The notes under the pieces are model-generated. The model ran no database searches and was not told the origin of the DNA. It saw only the letters and a program-made list of their open reading frames with translations. Below are positions 8,983-18,800 of a stretch of 64,000 bases of DNA, in pieces. The first letter of the stretch is position 1, and every line of letters starts with the position of its first letter. Both the position numbers and the translations under genes were made by a program. Source of the DNA: Candidatus Binatia bacterium (GTDB lineage: Bacteria; Desulfobacterota; Binatia; UBA12015); contig JAQWJE010000014.1 of assembly GCA_029248525.1 (NCBI GenBank), forward strand, positions 139,561-203,560. The letters run 5' to 3'.

Positions 8983-10260
8983 TTATTGGCCCGTGCGCCA
9001 TGAGTAGTAATCATCCGGAACGACAGCGCCAAGATGGCACATCCGACAGATCTGGGTCTGCTCAAAGGGACCGTAGGGCTGACGTATTTGCGAACCCAGC
9101 AGGCCGCGCGGCGTCTGCCATATTTCGATCAGGCCATCTGTCCCGAGCAATTCTACACGCGTTGCATCGATCCACCCATCGTAGCCCGCCGGAGCATTCT
9201 TTCCGACCAGCCATTGTTCGATCCGCCCGTAGCGCGCCTCGGAGGCTTCCCGCTGGTCGAGTGCCGCGTACGCCTCCGCGAGGTTGATCTCGGCACCGAC
9301 CTGCTTGAAGGGAGCTAGCGATGTTGTGCGCACGACGCTCCAGTTCTCACCGTCGTTGAACCCGTCGATCCCGAACTGGATCGGATCCTCCGGCGAGTTC
9401 AGAAGGCTGGTATGCCCCGACAGCCCCACATAGCGCAGTTCCGAACCGTAACCGACATTATATTTCGGCGAGGGTCGACCGAAGAGCAACGCGACCTTGA
9501 GCATTTTATCGAGTACACCCTCCCCGTCGAGTCGCGACGATTCGACCCGCGACTCCAGCAGAAACTCGGCAAGCGAGAGGTAATAGAGCCCCATGGCAAG
9601 CGCATTGGGGTTGTAGACGTTCAGACGAATTGAGCGCACGATGTCGCTTGCACCACTCACGATATAGCGGATTCCCGCGGGGTCGCCCGGAGCGTATGCG
9701 GTATAGACCATGGTATTGCCAAAAGCCGCGAGCTTGAAGATCCGTGCCCGGTAGGTGCTCTCGCTGGCCGTTGCGTAGGCAACCGAATCCTGCGCCCACG
9801 ATTTCATTTCTTCAACCGCAGTATTTTGCACGATTGCCCAGAATTTCCTCTCCATCGCGAGCTCGAGATTCGAATCCTGCTCGCAGGGCGTGGAGGAATC
9901 TCCATCCGTACAGTCCGCTGGATACTCCACATTGGGGATCGTTGGCGTCAGCGGGATGCCGGCGGGCCATGCCGCCGGCTGCGGCGGGGCCGCTACGACC
10001 GGCAGAACACTCATCGGGCGAGCCAGGCCATCATCACCGGACGCTATCCTTGCTGCGGATTCCTCCTCGGCAAGCTCCACTGTGTCCTCCAGAACATCGA
10101 GCAGCTGATCTCGAGAAACCCTCAAATCCGCAAGGGCTCCTTCCAACCCCTGATTTTGGCCTCCGGGCGAAGAACCCGAATCGCCGCAAGCACTCAAGAC
10201 CATCGCGGTCGCCAAAACCGAACAAGAAGAAACGAGAGAACGAAAAAAGACAGAGGACAT
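8983..10260 (-). CDS. Lipoprotein of unknown function with C-terminal CXXCH heme-binding-type motif
   Basis: N-terminus MSSVFFRSLVSSCSVLATAMVLSACGDSG has a lipobox-like LSAC. The C-terminus ...TQICRMCHLGAVVPDDYYSW carries a CXXCH motif. It sits 90 bp upstream of the Cu-monooxygenase-like gene on the same strand. Confidence 0.5.
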   Translation of the reverse strand: MSSVFFRSLVSSCSVLATAMVLSACGDSGSSPGGQNQGLEGALADLRVSRDQLLDVLEDTVELAEEESAARIASGDDGLARPMSVLPVVAAPPQPAAWPAGIPLTPTIPNVEYPADCTDGDSSTPCEQDSNLELAMERKFWAIVQNTAVEEMKSWAQDSVAYATASESTYRARIFKLAAFGNTMVYTAYAPGDPAGIRYIVSGASDIVRSIRLNVYNPNALAMGLYYLSLAEFLLESRVESSRLDGEGVLDKMLKVALLFGRPSPKYNVGYGSELRYVGLSGHTSLLNSPEDPIQFGIDGFNDGENWSVVRTTSLAPFKQVGAEINLAEAYAALDQREASEARYGRIEQWLVGKNAPAGYDGWIDATRVELLGTDGLIEIWQTPRGLLGSQIRQPYGPFEQTQICRMCHLGAVVPDDYYSWRTGQ

Positions 10261-10361
10261 GAACGCCCTTTTGCCTCAAGAAGTCTCCTTCGGTCAAACC
10301 GGAAAATCTGGAACTATTCTCCGCTAAACCAAATCGGAAGCCGCGGAGGACTCACATACCC

Positions 10362-10393
10362 TTGCGACATACCGGCCATACCGGCCATACCGG
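10362..10393. repeat. Short tandem direct repeat (9-mer cataccggc x3) in the intergenic/promoter region upstream of the lipoprotein gene
   Basis: Read from the sequence: gacataccggccataccggccataccgg. Confidence 0.4.
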
Positions 10394-10434
10394 TTGTGCC
10401 GAGGGTACCGGAGACCATGATCCGGGACGCCGCT

Positions 10435-11271
10435 TCACGTCAAGGTTTTCTCCAAGGCCCGGCCGGTCGCTCTTTGATAAAAAACGCCGAGTGCATCTGA
10501 AAACCTCTGCGGGAAGAGCCGCGACAAGATATCGATCACGACGGCATCGAAGCCGACCAATTGGCGCTTTCGGTTCTTCAACATCCCTCGGATAATGATG
10601 CTCGCCGCCTTTTCGGCGGAAGTACCTGCGATCTGATCAAAACGTGTGATTTTCTCTTCATGGAGGTCGTCGGACTCGTAGCTTCGGGCATTGCGAGCGA
10701 TATCCGTCTTGACGCCGCCGGGATGCACAGAGGTGATATGAACCGAGGTTCCATTCAATTCTTGTTGAAGAGTTTGATTCAAGGCTTTCACCGCGTGCTT
10801 CGCACACGCATAGGGGCCGTTCATCGGGGTCGATACAAAGCCGTTGACGCTGGAAATATTCACGATGTGAGCATCGGGTCGTTTTTTCAGATGCGGCAAG
10901 AATGCTTTGGTGCCGTAGAGGACTCCGTAGAAAACGATTCGAAACACCCAATCAAAATCTTCGTAGGAGATCTCTTCCACGGTCGCGATGGAGGCGACGC
11001 CCGCGTTGTTGATGATGCCGTCCACATGCCCGTGAACCTTGATTGTCTCTTCTGCCCAGGCGTAGACCTGATCGCGATCGGCCACGTCGACCAAATGCGT
11101 GGTGACCTTGACCTCCTTTGATACGAGATCCTCAGTCGTGCGCAGACCTGCCTGGTCGACATCCGAGAGCGAGAGATGGCTTCCCTGATCGGCCAATTGA
11201 ATCGCCAGACACCGACCGATCCCAGACCCGGCACCGGTGATGGCAATCACTTTTCCGTGCAAATTTTTCAT
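10435..11271 (-). CDS. Short-chain dehydrogenase/reductase (SDR) family oxidoreductase
   Basis: The start was moved to the internal ATG (MKNLHGKVIAITGAGSGIGR), giving the TGxxxGxG Rossmann motif at the N-terminus. The catalytic region YACAKHAVKAL matches YxxxK. Confidence 0.75.
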   Translation of the reverse strand: MKNLHGKVIAITGAGSGIGRCLAIQLADQGSHLSLSDVDQAGLRTTEDLVSKEVKVTTHLVDVADRDQVYAWAEETIKVHGHVDGIINNAGVASIATVEEISYEDFDWVFRIVFYGVLYGTKAFLPHLKKRPDAHIVNISSVNGFVSTPMNGPYACAKHAVKALNQTLQQELNGTSVHITSVHPGGVKTDIARNARSYESDDLHEEKITRFDQIAGTSAEKAASIIIRGMLKNRKRQLVGFDAVVIDILSRLFPQRFSDALGVFYQRATGRALEKTLT

Positions 11272-11513
11272 GATCAATTCCTCTGGTTCGATTGAGCAGT
11301 ATGAGGCCTCTGGTGCGGAGCAAACCTGAACTCCCGTTTTGTAGCAAGAGAACTCAGGCGCCCCGACCGGGCTCGCCGCAGTTCGGACCGCGGCCCGAAC
11401 CATATACCCGTTGCACATGCGGGATGCGCCAAGTATTCGACTGCATACCGCCGGCCAAGCGGTCCCCCCACCGTAAGCTGATTTTCCAGCAGCAATACGG
11501 ATTGAAAAACTCG

Positions 11514-12683
11514 ATGCCAAACTTTCTCAGCAACGCAGACTGGAGCTTCCCCGTACCGATTCGATACGGCCCGGGCCGGCTCTCCGAGATCGGGGTCGCC
11601 TGCAAGGAGCATCGTCTTGCGAATCCGTTGATTGTGACCGACCGCGGCAGTCGCGATTTGCCGTTTATCGAATTGGTCAGCAGAGCCTGTCATTCCGCAG
11701 GCGTGCAAAGTTCGGTATTCAGTGATGTCTCGCCAAACCCTACCGACCGGAACATCGCGCTGGGGAAAGCCGCGTTCAACAAAGGTCGGCATGACGGGAT
11801 CATTGCCATCGGCGGTGGCAGTGGCATGGATGCGGGAAAGGCAATCAGCCTCGTCAGCCGGAGCAATACGGATCTATGGGCATTTGATTACGACCAGTCG
11901 GAGGCTCCGGACCTGAGTTTCGAGGCATTCGCACCGCTTGTGTGCGTCCCGACAACCGCTGGTACCGGTGCGGAGACCGAAAGTACGGCGATGCTCACCG
12001 ATACCGCGGTCGGCACGAAACGTTGTGTTTGGCATCGCCACCAGAAGCCTCTTCTGGCCATCCTCGATCCGGAACTCACCGTCAAATTACCGCCCGACCT
12101 TACCGCCTGGACTGGTTGTGATGCTCTCGTTCACGCGATCGAAGCACTCTCGGTGCCTGACCTGAACCCTCTCTGCGATGGGCTGGCGCTTGAATCCATT
12201 CGGCTCATCACTGGTTCGCTGGAAAAGGCCGTGGCGCATGGCGACGACCTCGAGGCCCGCGGCGCGATGCTGGTCGGTTCGTGCCTTGCAGGGATCTCGT
12301 TTCTCAAGGGCTTGGGGCTGGTCCATGCCATGAGTCATATGGTTGGCGCGGTCTGTGATACCCATCATGGCTTGACCAACGCCGTGCTGCTGCCTCCGGT
12401 CCTGCTCTTCAACAGGGCGGCATTGGAGGAAAAAGCCCCTCTGATCAGCGACGCCATGGGCTTGGGGACAGAGGATTTTGACTCGATGTATGCCGGTATC
12501 GTTGGGCTGTTGGACGAGCTGAAAATTCCCCGTGGTCTCGCGGACCTTCAGGTTCCCGAAGAGGCGCTCGACGCCATCGCGGAAAAAGCTATCACCGATT
12601 CGGCGCGAGCGACCAATCCGGTCCCGTCGACAGTCCGGGATATTCGCGCACTCCTCGGCAGATCCTTCGTGAATGCGCGCTGA
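11514..12683 (+). CDS. Iron-containing (group III) alcohol dehydrogenase
   Basis: The start was moved to MPNFLSNADWSFPVPIRYGPGRLSEIG. It has a GGGSxMD-type motif (IAIGGGSGMDAGKA) and a His-rich metal site (HAMSHMVGAVCDTHHG). Confidence 0.75.
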   Translation: MPNFLSNADWSFPVPIRYGPGRLSEIGVACKEHRLANPLIVTDRGSRDLPFIELVSRACHSAGVQSSVFSDVSPNPTDRNIALGKAAFNKGRHDGIIAIGGGSGMDAGKAISLVSRSNTDLWAFDYDQSEAPDLSFEAFAPLVCVPTTAGTGAETESTAMLTDTAVGTKRCVWHRHQKPLLAILDPELTVKLPPDLTAWTGCDALVHAIEALSVPDLNPLCDGLALESIRLITGSLEKAVAHGDDLEARGAMLVGSCLAGISFLKGLGLVHAMSHMVGAVCDTHHGLTNAVLLPPVLLFNRAALEEKAPLISDAMGLGTEDFDSMYAGIVGLLDELKIPRGLADLQVPEEALDAIAEKAITDSARATNPVPSTVRDIRALLGRSFVNAR

Positions 12684-12739
12684 GGCAGGCGCCCCGTGCG
12701 CCTCCCCCCGCTATTCAGCCTCGGCCACACCTGTTAGGA

Positions 12740-13465
12740 GTGGCTGCCATGACGATGCCTACCAGCGACGAGAAGCTCTTCGAGATCATGTACAGCTGCC
12801 GCGCCATGCGGCGACTCAAACCCGACCCGGTCCCCGAAGAGACCCTGCTGCAGCTGGTCGACGCGGGCCTTCACGGCCCCAGCGGCAGCAATGCGCAAAA
12901 CTGGAAATTCATCATCGTCCGCGAGACGGCCACCAAGGAGAAAATGCACGCGCTCTGGAAGCAGACGTGGGGCTTCTACATGGACACCTTCGCCGTCGCA
13001 GATCCTCGGCCTGGCGAGGACGTGGCCGCCCGTGATCGGATTACCAAGGCGGCTACCTGGCAACTCGACCACTTCGTCGAGATTCCCGCATTCATCTGCG
13101 TCTGCGTCGCGCGCGACGAAGCCATGGCCAAAGCCCTCGCATCACCGTCCACGTTAACGAGCGCTGTGCGCCATCTCGGATTGGGAGGCGCGCTGCGGCT
13201 GGCGACAAGCGGCGGACGGACGGCCGGGATCGCCGACGGCGCCACCGCCTTTCCGGCGGTGCAGAACATCCTGCTCGCAGCCCGCGCCCTTGGGCTCGGT
13301 GCCGTACTCACCACCCAGCATTTTTTCGTGCCGGGAGAGTTCGAGAAAATCCTGGGCATGCCGTCCACAAGCACGCTGGCCGCGATCATTCCGGTAGGTT
13401 GGCCGACCGGCAAATTCGGTTCCGTCAAGCGTCCCAACCCGGCCGACGTCGTAAGTTGGGTTTGA
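12740..13465 (+). CDS. Nitroreductase family protein
   Basis: Nitroreductase signature region LHGPSGSNAQNWKFIIVRE. 241 aa. Confidence 0.7.
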   Translation: MAAMTMPTSDEKLFEIMYSCRAMRRLKPDPVPEETLLQLVDAGLHGPSGSNAQNWKFIIVRETATKEKMHALWKQTWGFYMDTFAVADPRPGEDVAARDRITKAATWQLDHFVEIPAFICVCVARDEAMAKALASPSTLTSAVRHLGLGGALRLATSGGRTAGIADGATAFPAVQNILLAARALGLGAVLTTQHFFVPGEFEKILGMPSTSTLAAIIPVGWPTGKFGSVKRPNPADVVSWV

Positions 13466-13534
13466 GCCTCGATCCGACGCCCGACCGGTGCGGGTTACGG
13501 AGCAGAGAGCGAAGTCGGAACGGAGTGTGGCCGA

Positions 13535-14551
13535 TTGAAAAAGGTTCTGAAATACGGCGCGGTCCTGCTTGCTCTGTTGGTCTTGAGCGGTGCGGTATAC
13601 CAAGGGGTCCGGAGCGCGGCTGACCGAACGGCCTACCCGGTACCGGGCGAAATGGTAATGGTCGACGGGTTGGATCTTCACCTGGACTGCCGAGGGTCGG
13701 GGCATCCTGTCGTGCTGTTGGAGGCAGGGCTTACCACAGGCTCCACCAGCTGGGCGCTGGTACAGGACGAAATCGCCTCCTTCACGCGCGTATGCGCCTA
13801 CGACCGCCCCGGGATCGACTGGAGTGAACCCATTGACGGAACGGCCGGCCCGGTGGAGGTGGCGCAGCGACTACACCGACTGATCGAAGTGGCCGAAGTC
13901 GACGGCCCGTGGATCCTCGTGGGGATGTCCGCCGGAGGCGTCTACGCACGAGAGTATTTTGACGCCTACCCCGAAGGCGTGGTCGGGATGGTGCTGGTGG
14001 ATTCCTCACACGAGGAACAAGGGCTCAGGCTTCCGAGCGAGGATGGGAGCCTGCTGGATTTGGCACAGCCGCTCGCCATCTGCAGCTACTTGCAGCCACT
14101 GGGTCTGATTCGTGCGCTCGGGATTGTGGACGAGTCCATCGAGATGTTCTGGCAGGTGGACATCCCTCCGTCAGCCGAAGGTGCGATCAAGTCCAATGCC
14201 AATCAATCGCACGCATGCGGAGCGCTCTACTACGAGATGGTGAGCTTCGACGAAACACTGGCGCAGCCCCGTGCGCCCCGCTCGCTTGGAGATCTGCCCT
14301 TGATTGTCCTCTCTCAGGGGGTCGAGCCCTACGCGGTCGAAGAATTGGGTGTCTCCCTTGAGTCAGCCCGAGCGCAGCGAGCCGCCTGGGATGAATTGCA
14401 GGAAGAACTGGCCCGACTCTCCACGCGGGGAGAGCGGCGAGTCGCCAAGCAGAGCGGTCACCTGATCCAGATAGAGCAGCCCGAAATCGTCATCGAGGCG
14501 ATTCGTGACATGGTCGTGGCCCAGCGTCAGGTCGCGGCCCCAAGCGGCTGA
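13535..14551 (+). CDS. Secreted alpha/beta hydrolase
   Basis: Signal peptide MKKVLKYGAVLLALLVLSGAVYQG. HPVVLLEAGL plus nucleophile elbow GMSAGG. Confidence 0.65.
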   Translation: MKKVLKYGAVLLALLVLSGAVYQGVRSAADRTAYPVPGEMVMVDGLDLHLDCRGSGHPVVLLEAGLTTGSTSWALVQDEIASFTRVCAYDRPGIDWSEPIDGTAGPVEVAQRLHRLIEVAEVDGPWILVGMSAGGVYAREYFDAYPEGVVGMVLVDSSHEEQGLRLPSEDGSLLDLAQPLAICSYLQPLGLIRALGIVDESIEMFWQVDIPPSAEGAIKSNANQSHACGALYYEMVSFDETLAQPRAPRSLGDLPLIVLSQGVEPYAVEELGVSLESARAQRAAWDELQEELARLSTRGERRVAKQSGHLIQIEQPEIVIEAIRDMVVAQRQVAAPSG

Positions 14552-14676
14552 ATCCGTCCGCCCTGCCGAGCGGCAGAAACCCTACCTGCAGCCGCAACTA
14601 TCGATGACCTTTCCTCGCGGAGAGCCAGGACGCGTCCCCGATGAGTTGGACCGTACTTCTGCTCGAGATGCTTCGC

Positions 14677-16341
14677 CTAGGCGACCGAGAGGAGACGATG
14701 CGCCCCGACCAGCCGTTCCTGAATCGGGATCCCTACCGGGCAAGATCCGGCACAGGGAGCGGGACAACTCGCACAGGCGGATGCGTCATGAGACAGCTTC
14801 GCGTAGGCCTCGATCCCCGATCGCTCGGCGCGGTAGTCCTCGAAGTACATGCGATGCCGCAGAACATCGGGGATAGCGACATCATTCGGACAGGAATCGA
14901 GGCAATCACCGCAATGAGGACCACAATAGGTGCCGCGGATCTGCTGGTCGTAGCGTGCGAGTCGCGCCATATCGGTGCCCTCCGGACGACCACCCGATGC
15001 GTAGAGGTACTCGTCGAGATGCTGCAGCTCGAAAAACGAAATGATCGAGCAGGAAACATCCGGATTCGAATTCACCCATTTCAGTGCCGACTGGGCATAG
15101 GAACTCGCATCGTCCTGGAAGCCCTCGAGCCCATGGTGCTTGGCCCCCTTGAGGGTCTTCATGGCAACGACACCCATATCCTGTTCCCGGCGCGCCTTGG
15201 CGATCAAGCGATTCAGTTCCGGCCAGATGCCGTGATGGTAGGCGACCATCATCACATCAAATTTACCCGAGTCGATCGCCGCATCAGCGACCTCGGTCAG
15301 CTTTGGCGTGTGGGAGGAAAAGCCGAGAAATCGCGCCTTGCCCTCTTCTCGCAACTCGGCAAACGCCTGGTGCATATTGGGGTCCATCAACCGGTCGACG
15401 TCATCGCAGGAGTGCACATGAATCAGGTCGACATAGTCTGTCCCGAGCCGACCAAGGCTCGCATAGATGACCTCCTTGTACTCCGAGACCGATGTCCCTG
15501 CGGGCAGATGCCCGATCGGCGTACAGAATTTGGTCGCTAGAAAAAGTTCCTCGCGGGGGCGATCCTGAATCGCAAGACCGACCGCCTCCTCGGAGCCTGC
15601 AGCGGAATAGTCCGGTGCGGTGTCGATGTAGTTCACCCCTCGGTCGAGAGCGAGCTTGACGACCTCCGTGCCCTTGTCTCCCCGGATCTGGCCGGCTCCA
15701 AGGACGATATCTGACACCGGCCAGTCCGTCCGACCCAATCGGCCGTACGACTGCACGCGACTACCTCGCCACGGCGCTTCGAGGGTGGGATGCGTTTTCA
15801 CAACGTCACCACCAAAGACCTCGCCCACAGGCCGTTGCCAGCCCGGCCCGCCGGTCCCCCAGCCCAAAAAGGTGCGCCCGACCATTGTACCACCGCCGGC
15901 AACAATGGCTCCCGCACCCGTCGCCATGCTGGCGAGCAGCGTGCGCCTTGCCGAAGCCGGTGCGGCCCCGGCGCCAACCTCCTCGGCACCGCGAGCACGC
16001 AGAACCTGTCGCATTCCGAAAAAGGCAAAAACGCCAAGCAGAAAAATAAGGACAAAGGCCGAGATCATCCCGCCAACAGCCTTCGTGGCCTCCGGCATCA
16101 CGGTCATCACGGCAGATTGGAGTCTCTCACCTCCCGGAAAGGCCGAGGAATCCAGACCGACAAGAGAGTCGTAGAGCAAAGGGCCAGCGACGAAAAGGCC
16201 GATAGCAGCACTCGTTCCCAAGGCGGCCAGAGCAACGGTTGTGGGACGCATGAGAGATTCCTCCAATCGCAGGAAACCTGCGCAGCCAGCCTCGGAAATG
16301 AAGCCTTGACCAAGACTAGCCCAGCTACCTCGTTTTCCCAA
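14677..16341 (-). CDS. Aldo/keto reductase fused to a C-terminal Cys-rich Fe-S (ferredoxin-like) region, with N-terminal hydrophobic/membrane segments
   Basis: AKR core (GRLGRTDWPVSDIVLGAGQ...GVNYIDTAPDYSAAGSEEAVG...LFLATKF). The C-terminus has CGPHCGDCLDSCP...CASCPAPCAGSCP. The N-terminal ~120 aa are hydrophobic. The true start may be internal (for example MRPTT). Confidence 0.6.
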   Translation of the reverse strand: MGKRGSWASLGQGFISEAGCAGFLRLEESLMRPTTVALAALGTSAAIGLFVAGPLLYDSLVGLDSSAFPGGERLQSAVMTVMPEATKAVGGMISAFVLIFLLGVFAFFGMRQVLRARGAEEVGAGAAPASARRTLLASMATGAGAIVAGGGTMVGRTFLGWGTGGPGWQRPVGEVFGGDVVKTHPTLEAPWRGSRVQSYGRLGRTDWPVSDIVLGAGQIRGDKGTEVVKLALDRGVNYIDTAPDYSAAGSEEAVGLAIQDRPREELFLATKFCTPIGHLPAGTSVSEYKEVIYASLGRLGTDYVDLIHVHSCDDVDRLMDPNMHQAFAELREEGKARFLGFSSHTPKLTEVADAAIDSGKFDVMMVAYHHGIWPELNRLIAKARREQDMGVVAMKTLKGAKHHGLEGFQDDASSYAQSALKWVNSNPDVSCSIISFFELQHLDEYLYASGGRPEGTDMARLARYDQQIRGTYCGPHCGDCLDSCPNDVAIPDVLRHRMYFEDYRAERSGIEAYAKLSHDASACASCPAPCAGSCPVGIPIQERLVGAHRLLSVA

Positions 16342-16691
16342 CAGGTCATTTCGCGGCTGCCGAGGGGTGCACCTTCCGGATGCCCCTCAGTCCGGCACCA
16401 AAGGTCACCCACACGTGCATCCCGGAACGACGCGGCCAGCACCTGGCCGAGAAAAGGCTCGTAATCACAACGGCAATCCGACGGCTCCCGCGTGACTCGA
16501 ACGCGCAATCCAAAGATCAAAAATCGGATCAAACACAACCCGCCGAAGCTCCACCCGACGCGGGTGAGGAGTCCCGACTCGACTGAAGTACCCTCCCCGC
16601 GAAATAGGTTTCGGGTTCGCACTGACCGACGCGTTACAACTCGAGTGTTTTTTCATGGAAGGCTTCACCCCCGTTGCGCCGCTTCCCGGAT

Positions 16692-18341
16692 TCAGTAGAT
16701 GCAGCTGCAGGCGCCTTGAGACGAGCACAGGCCACCGCAGATCGAGCAACTTTCGCCACTGGCACAGGCCCCCGGGGTGCATATCCCATCCGTGCAGATG
16801 TCAGAGCGGGTACAAAGTGTGCCATCGCAGCTCGCCGGCCCGTTTGGTTTGAACTGACAGTCCGCCCCACAGCACGACGTCGCTTTGCCGTTCTTCGAGC
16901 CCTCGTCGCATTGCTCACCTGCATCGACCGACTCATTCCCGCACAACTGCAGATCAACGAGAGCTTCCTCGCAATCGAGTCGAGGGAAGGACAACCCATT
17001 GCTTGCATCGGTAACCAGCACCGAGGAGCTCTTGAGTGCATTCTCGATCGACTCGGGGGTGCGCGACGGATCGTCTTCGATCAGCAGAGCGGCGCAAGAC
17101 GCAGCGATCGGGGCAGCCTGCGAGGTCCCGGCGTAGGTGGAAGCACCACCTCCCATCCCGGTAGATGTCATCCAGGCCCCCGGCGCGAAGAGGTCCGTGG
17201 TGGAGCTGCTATTGCTGAAGCACGTGACTTGGTCCGCAGTCGTTCCCGACTCCGAGCAGCCCAATACACTGGGCGAACCTTCCGCCGCATCCCACACGGC
17301 TCCAACCGAGATGGCATTCCCGACACAGGCAGGGACCTGCATATCGACTCCCGAGCCGTTGTTGCCGGTCGAGACAAAAGTCATCACTCCGTTCGCCCGA
17401 AGGGTATCGATGGCCGCAGCAAAGCCCATGGTATAGCTGGTCGCGCTGTCACAATTACCGGGGAATCGAGCCTCGGTGCCCAGGCTCATATTCACGACGC
17501 GCACCTCGGGATGGTTGTTGATCAGGTACTCAAGCCCGGCGATCACATCCGATGCGCAGCAGAAAGAGTTATTATCGTCGAGAACCTTGATGGCGATGAT
17601 TTTTGCGGCCGGCGCACCCCCTGTCGGGGCCTCGGTGCCCGCGAATCCGTTTGCTGCGGCACCGGAGGTAATCACCCCCGTCACATTGGTGCCATGGCCG
17701 TGGTCATCCTCGGCCGCGCCAGTTCCGCTCTCTGCCGTTCCTCCGCCCGGACAGCAACCCCCGCCACCGCTGCAGAAGCAGGCCTCACCCGCGAGATCGC
17801 CAGCCAAGTCGGGATGGTCCGAGTCGTAGCCGCTGTCGAGGACCGCAACGCTGATCCCTGCACCTGTCAGCCCGTCGTTCAGGCGAAGGCTGTCCATCTT
17901 TGTCAGGGGCAGAGCCTCGGTCAAATTTCCGCGGCCCGGAGCATCGATGTCCACACGCAGAACCTCGGGGTGATTGACCAGTTCCAGAACTCCATTGGCC
18001 GTGACCCGCCCGGCCAACGCACCGATTGTCTCAAAGCGGTGCCGTAATTCGAATTGGCCCGGTTTGAGACGACCGAGAATGGACTCGCCAGTACTGGCGA
18101 TCAGGGACCGATTCCGGCTGAGCATCTTTCCTCTCGCCTGCGTCTGCTTTTCCCCGGGGGCCCGAAAAGCAATCATGACCCGGACGAAGCCCTTCGAACG
18201 GAGCCCATCGATGACTCCCTCCGAGACAATTCCCGACGCTCGAATCCGCTGCTCCGCATCACTCGAAAACGCCCAGACCCCCTCTGCGATGGCGAGAGCT
18301 CCAGCGCCCAACAACAGAAGCAGCAATTTCACCCTCGTCAT
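16692..18341 (-). CDS. Secreted subtilisin-like serine protease (S8) with C-terminal Myxococcus-type cysteine-rich repeat
   Basis: The start was moved to MTRVKLLLLLLGAGALAIAEGVWA (signal peptide). The catalytic triad context is D (VAVLDSGYD), H (HGHGTNVTG) and S (GTSQAAPIAAS). The C-terminal repeat is CGNESVDAGEQCDEGSKNG...C..C. Confidence 0.75.
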   Translation of the reverse strand: MTRVKLLLLLLGAGALAIAEGVWAFSSDAEQRIRASGIVSEGVIDGLRSKGFVRVMIAFRAPGEKQTQARGKMLSRNRSLIASTGESILGRLKPGQFELRHRFETIGALAGRVTANGVLELVNHPEVLRVDIDAPGRGNLTEALPLTKMDSLRLNDGLTGAGISVAVLDSGYDSDHPDLAGDLAGEACFCSGGGGCCPGGGTAESGTGAAEDDHGHGTNVTGVITSGAAANGFAGTEAPTGGAPAAKIIAIKVLDDNNSFCCASDVIAGLEYLINNHPEVRVVNMSLGTEARFPGNCDSATSYTMGFAAAIDTLRANGVMTFVSTGNNGSGVDMQVPACVGNAISVGAVWDAAEGSPSVLGCSESGTTADQVTCFSNSSSTTDLFAPGAWMTSTGMGGGASTYAGTSQAAPIAASCAALLIEDDPSRTPESIENALKSSSVLVTDASNGLSFPRLDCEEALVDLQLCGNESVDAGEQCDEGSKNGKATSCCGADCQFKPNGPASCDGTLCTRSDICTDGICTPGACASGESCSICGGLCSSQGACSCIY

Positions 18342-18614
18342 GCGAATGCGATCGTTCCCCCAAGAAGCCCCGCTCATTGATTCGGTCAATCCGATCTCCG
18401 GCATCGAGTAAAGGTTGATGCCATGGTCGTCAGGTTGCCTCGGGCGCAGGCCACTACGCAACACGAAAGAAATCTTTTCCTAGCCGGCGCCCTATCGGTC
18501 AATCCTGCGTTTGTCCGATTCTCGTTTTTGCGCGGCCGGCACGTTGAAAATGGGACAGAACCACATCCACAAGGCACAGCCGCGAAAAGCTCGCGACTGC
18601 AGAACCAATCCAAC

Positions 18615-18688
18615 TGCCCCCGGCGTGACTCGAACACGCGACCTACAGATTAGGAATCTGGCGCTCTATCCACCTGAGCTACGGGGGC
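18615..18688 (-). tRNA. tRNA-Arg (anticodon CCT)
   Basis: The reverse complement reads GCCCCCGTAGCTCAGGTGGATAGAGCGCCAGATTCCTAATCTGTAGGTCGCGTGTTCGAGTCACGCCGGGGGCA. It has a 7-bp acceptor stem, a TPsiC arm GTTCGAGTC and an anticodon loop TTCCTAA. No CCA is encoded. Confidence 0.75.
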
Positions 18689-18800
18689 TTTGGATTGGCT
18701 GGAAGTGTCTTTCCTAACGCAGGCGGCGGTCGCCTGCATCAACGGCCATCGCCCGGACCCGCAGAAGTCAGGGTCGGCGCAGGCCGGCATCAGGTTCGGG

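Noticed and set aside
10362-10595. 77-aa ORF containing HTGHTGHTG.
   Set aside because: It is a translation artefact of the 9-bp tandem repeat. It has no start context or conservation signal.
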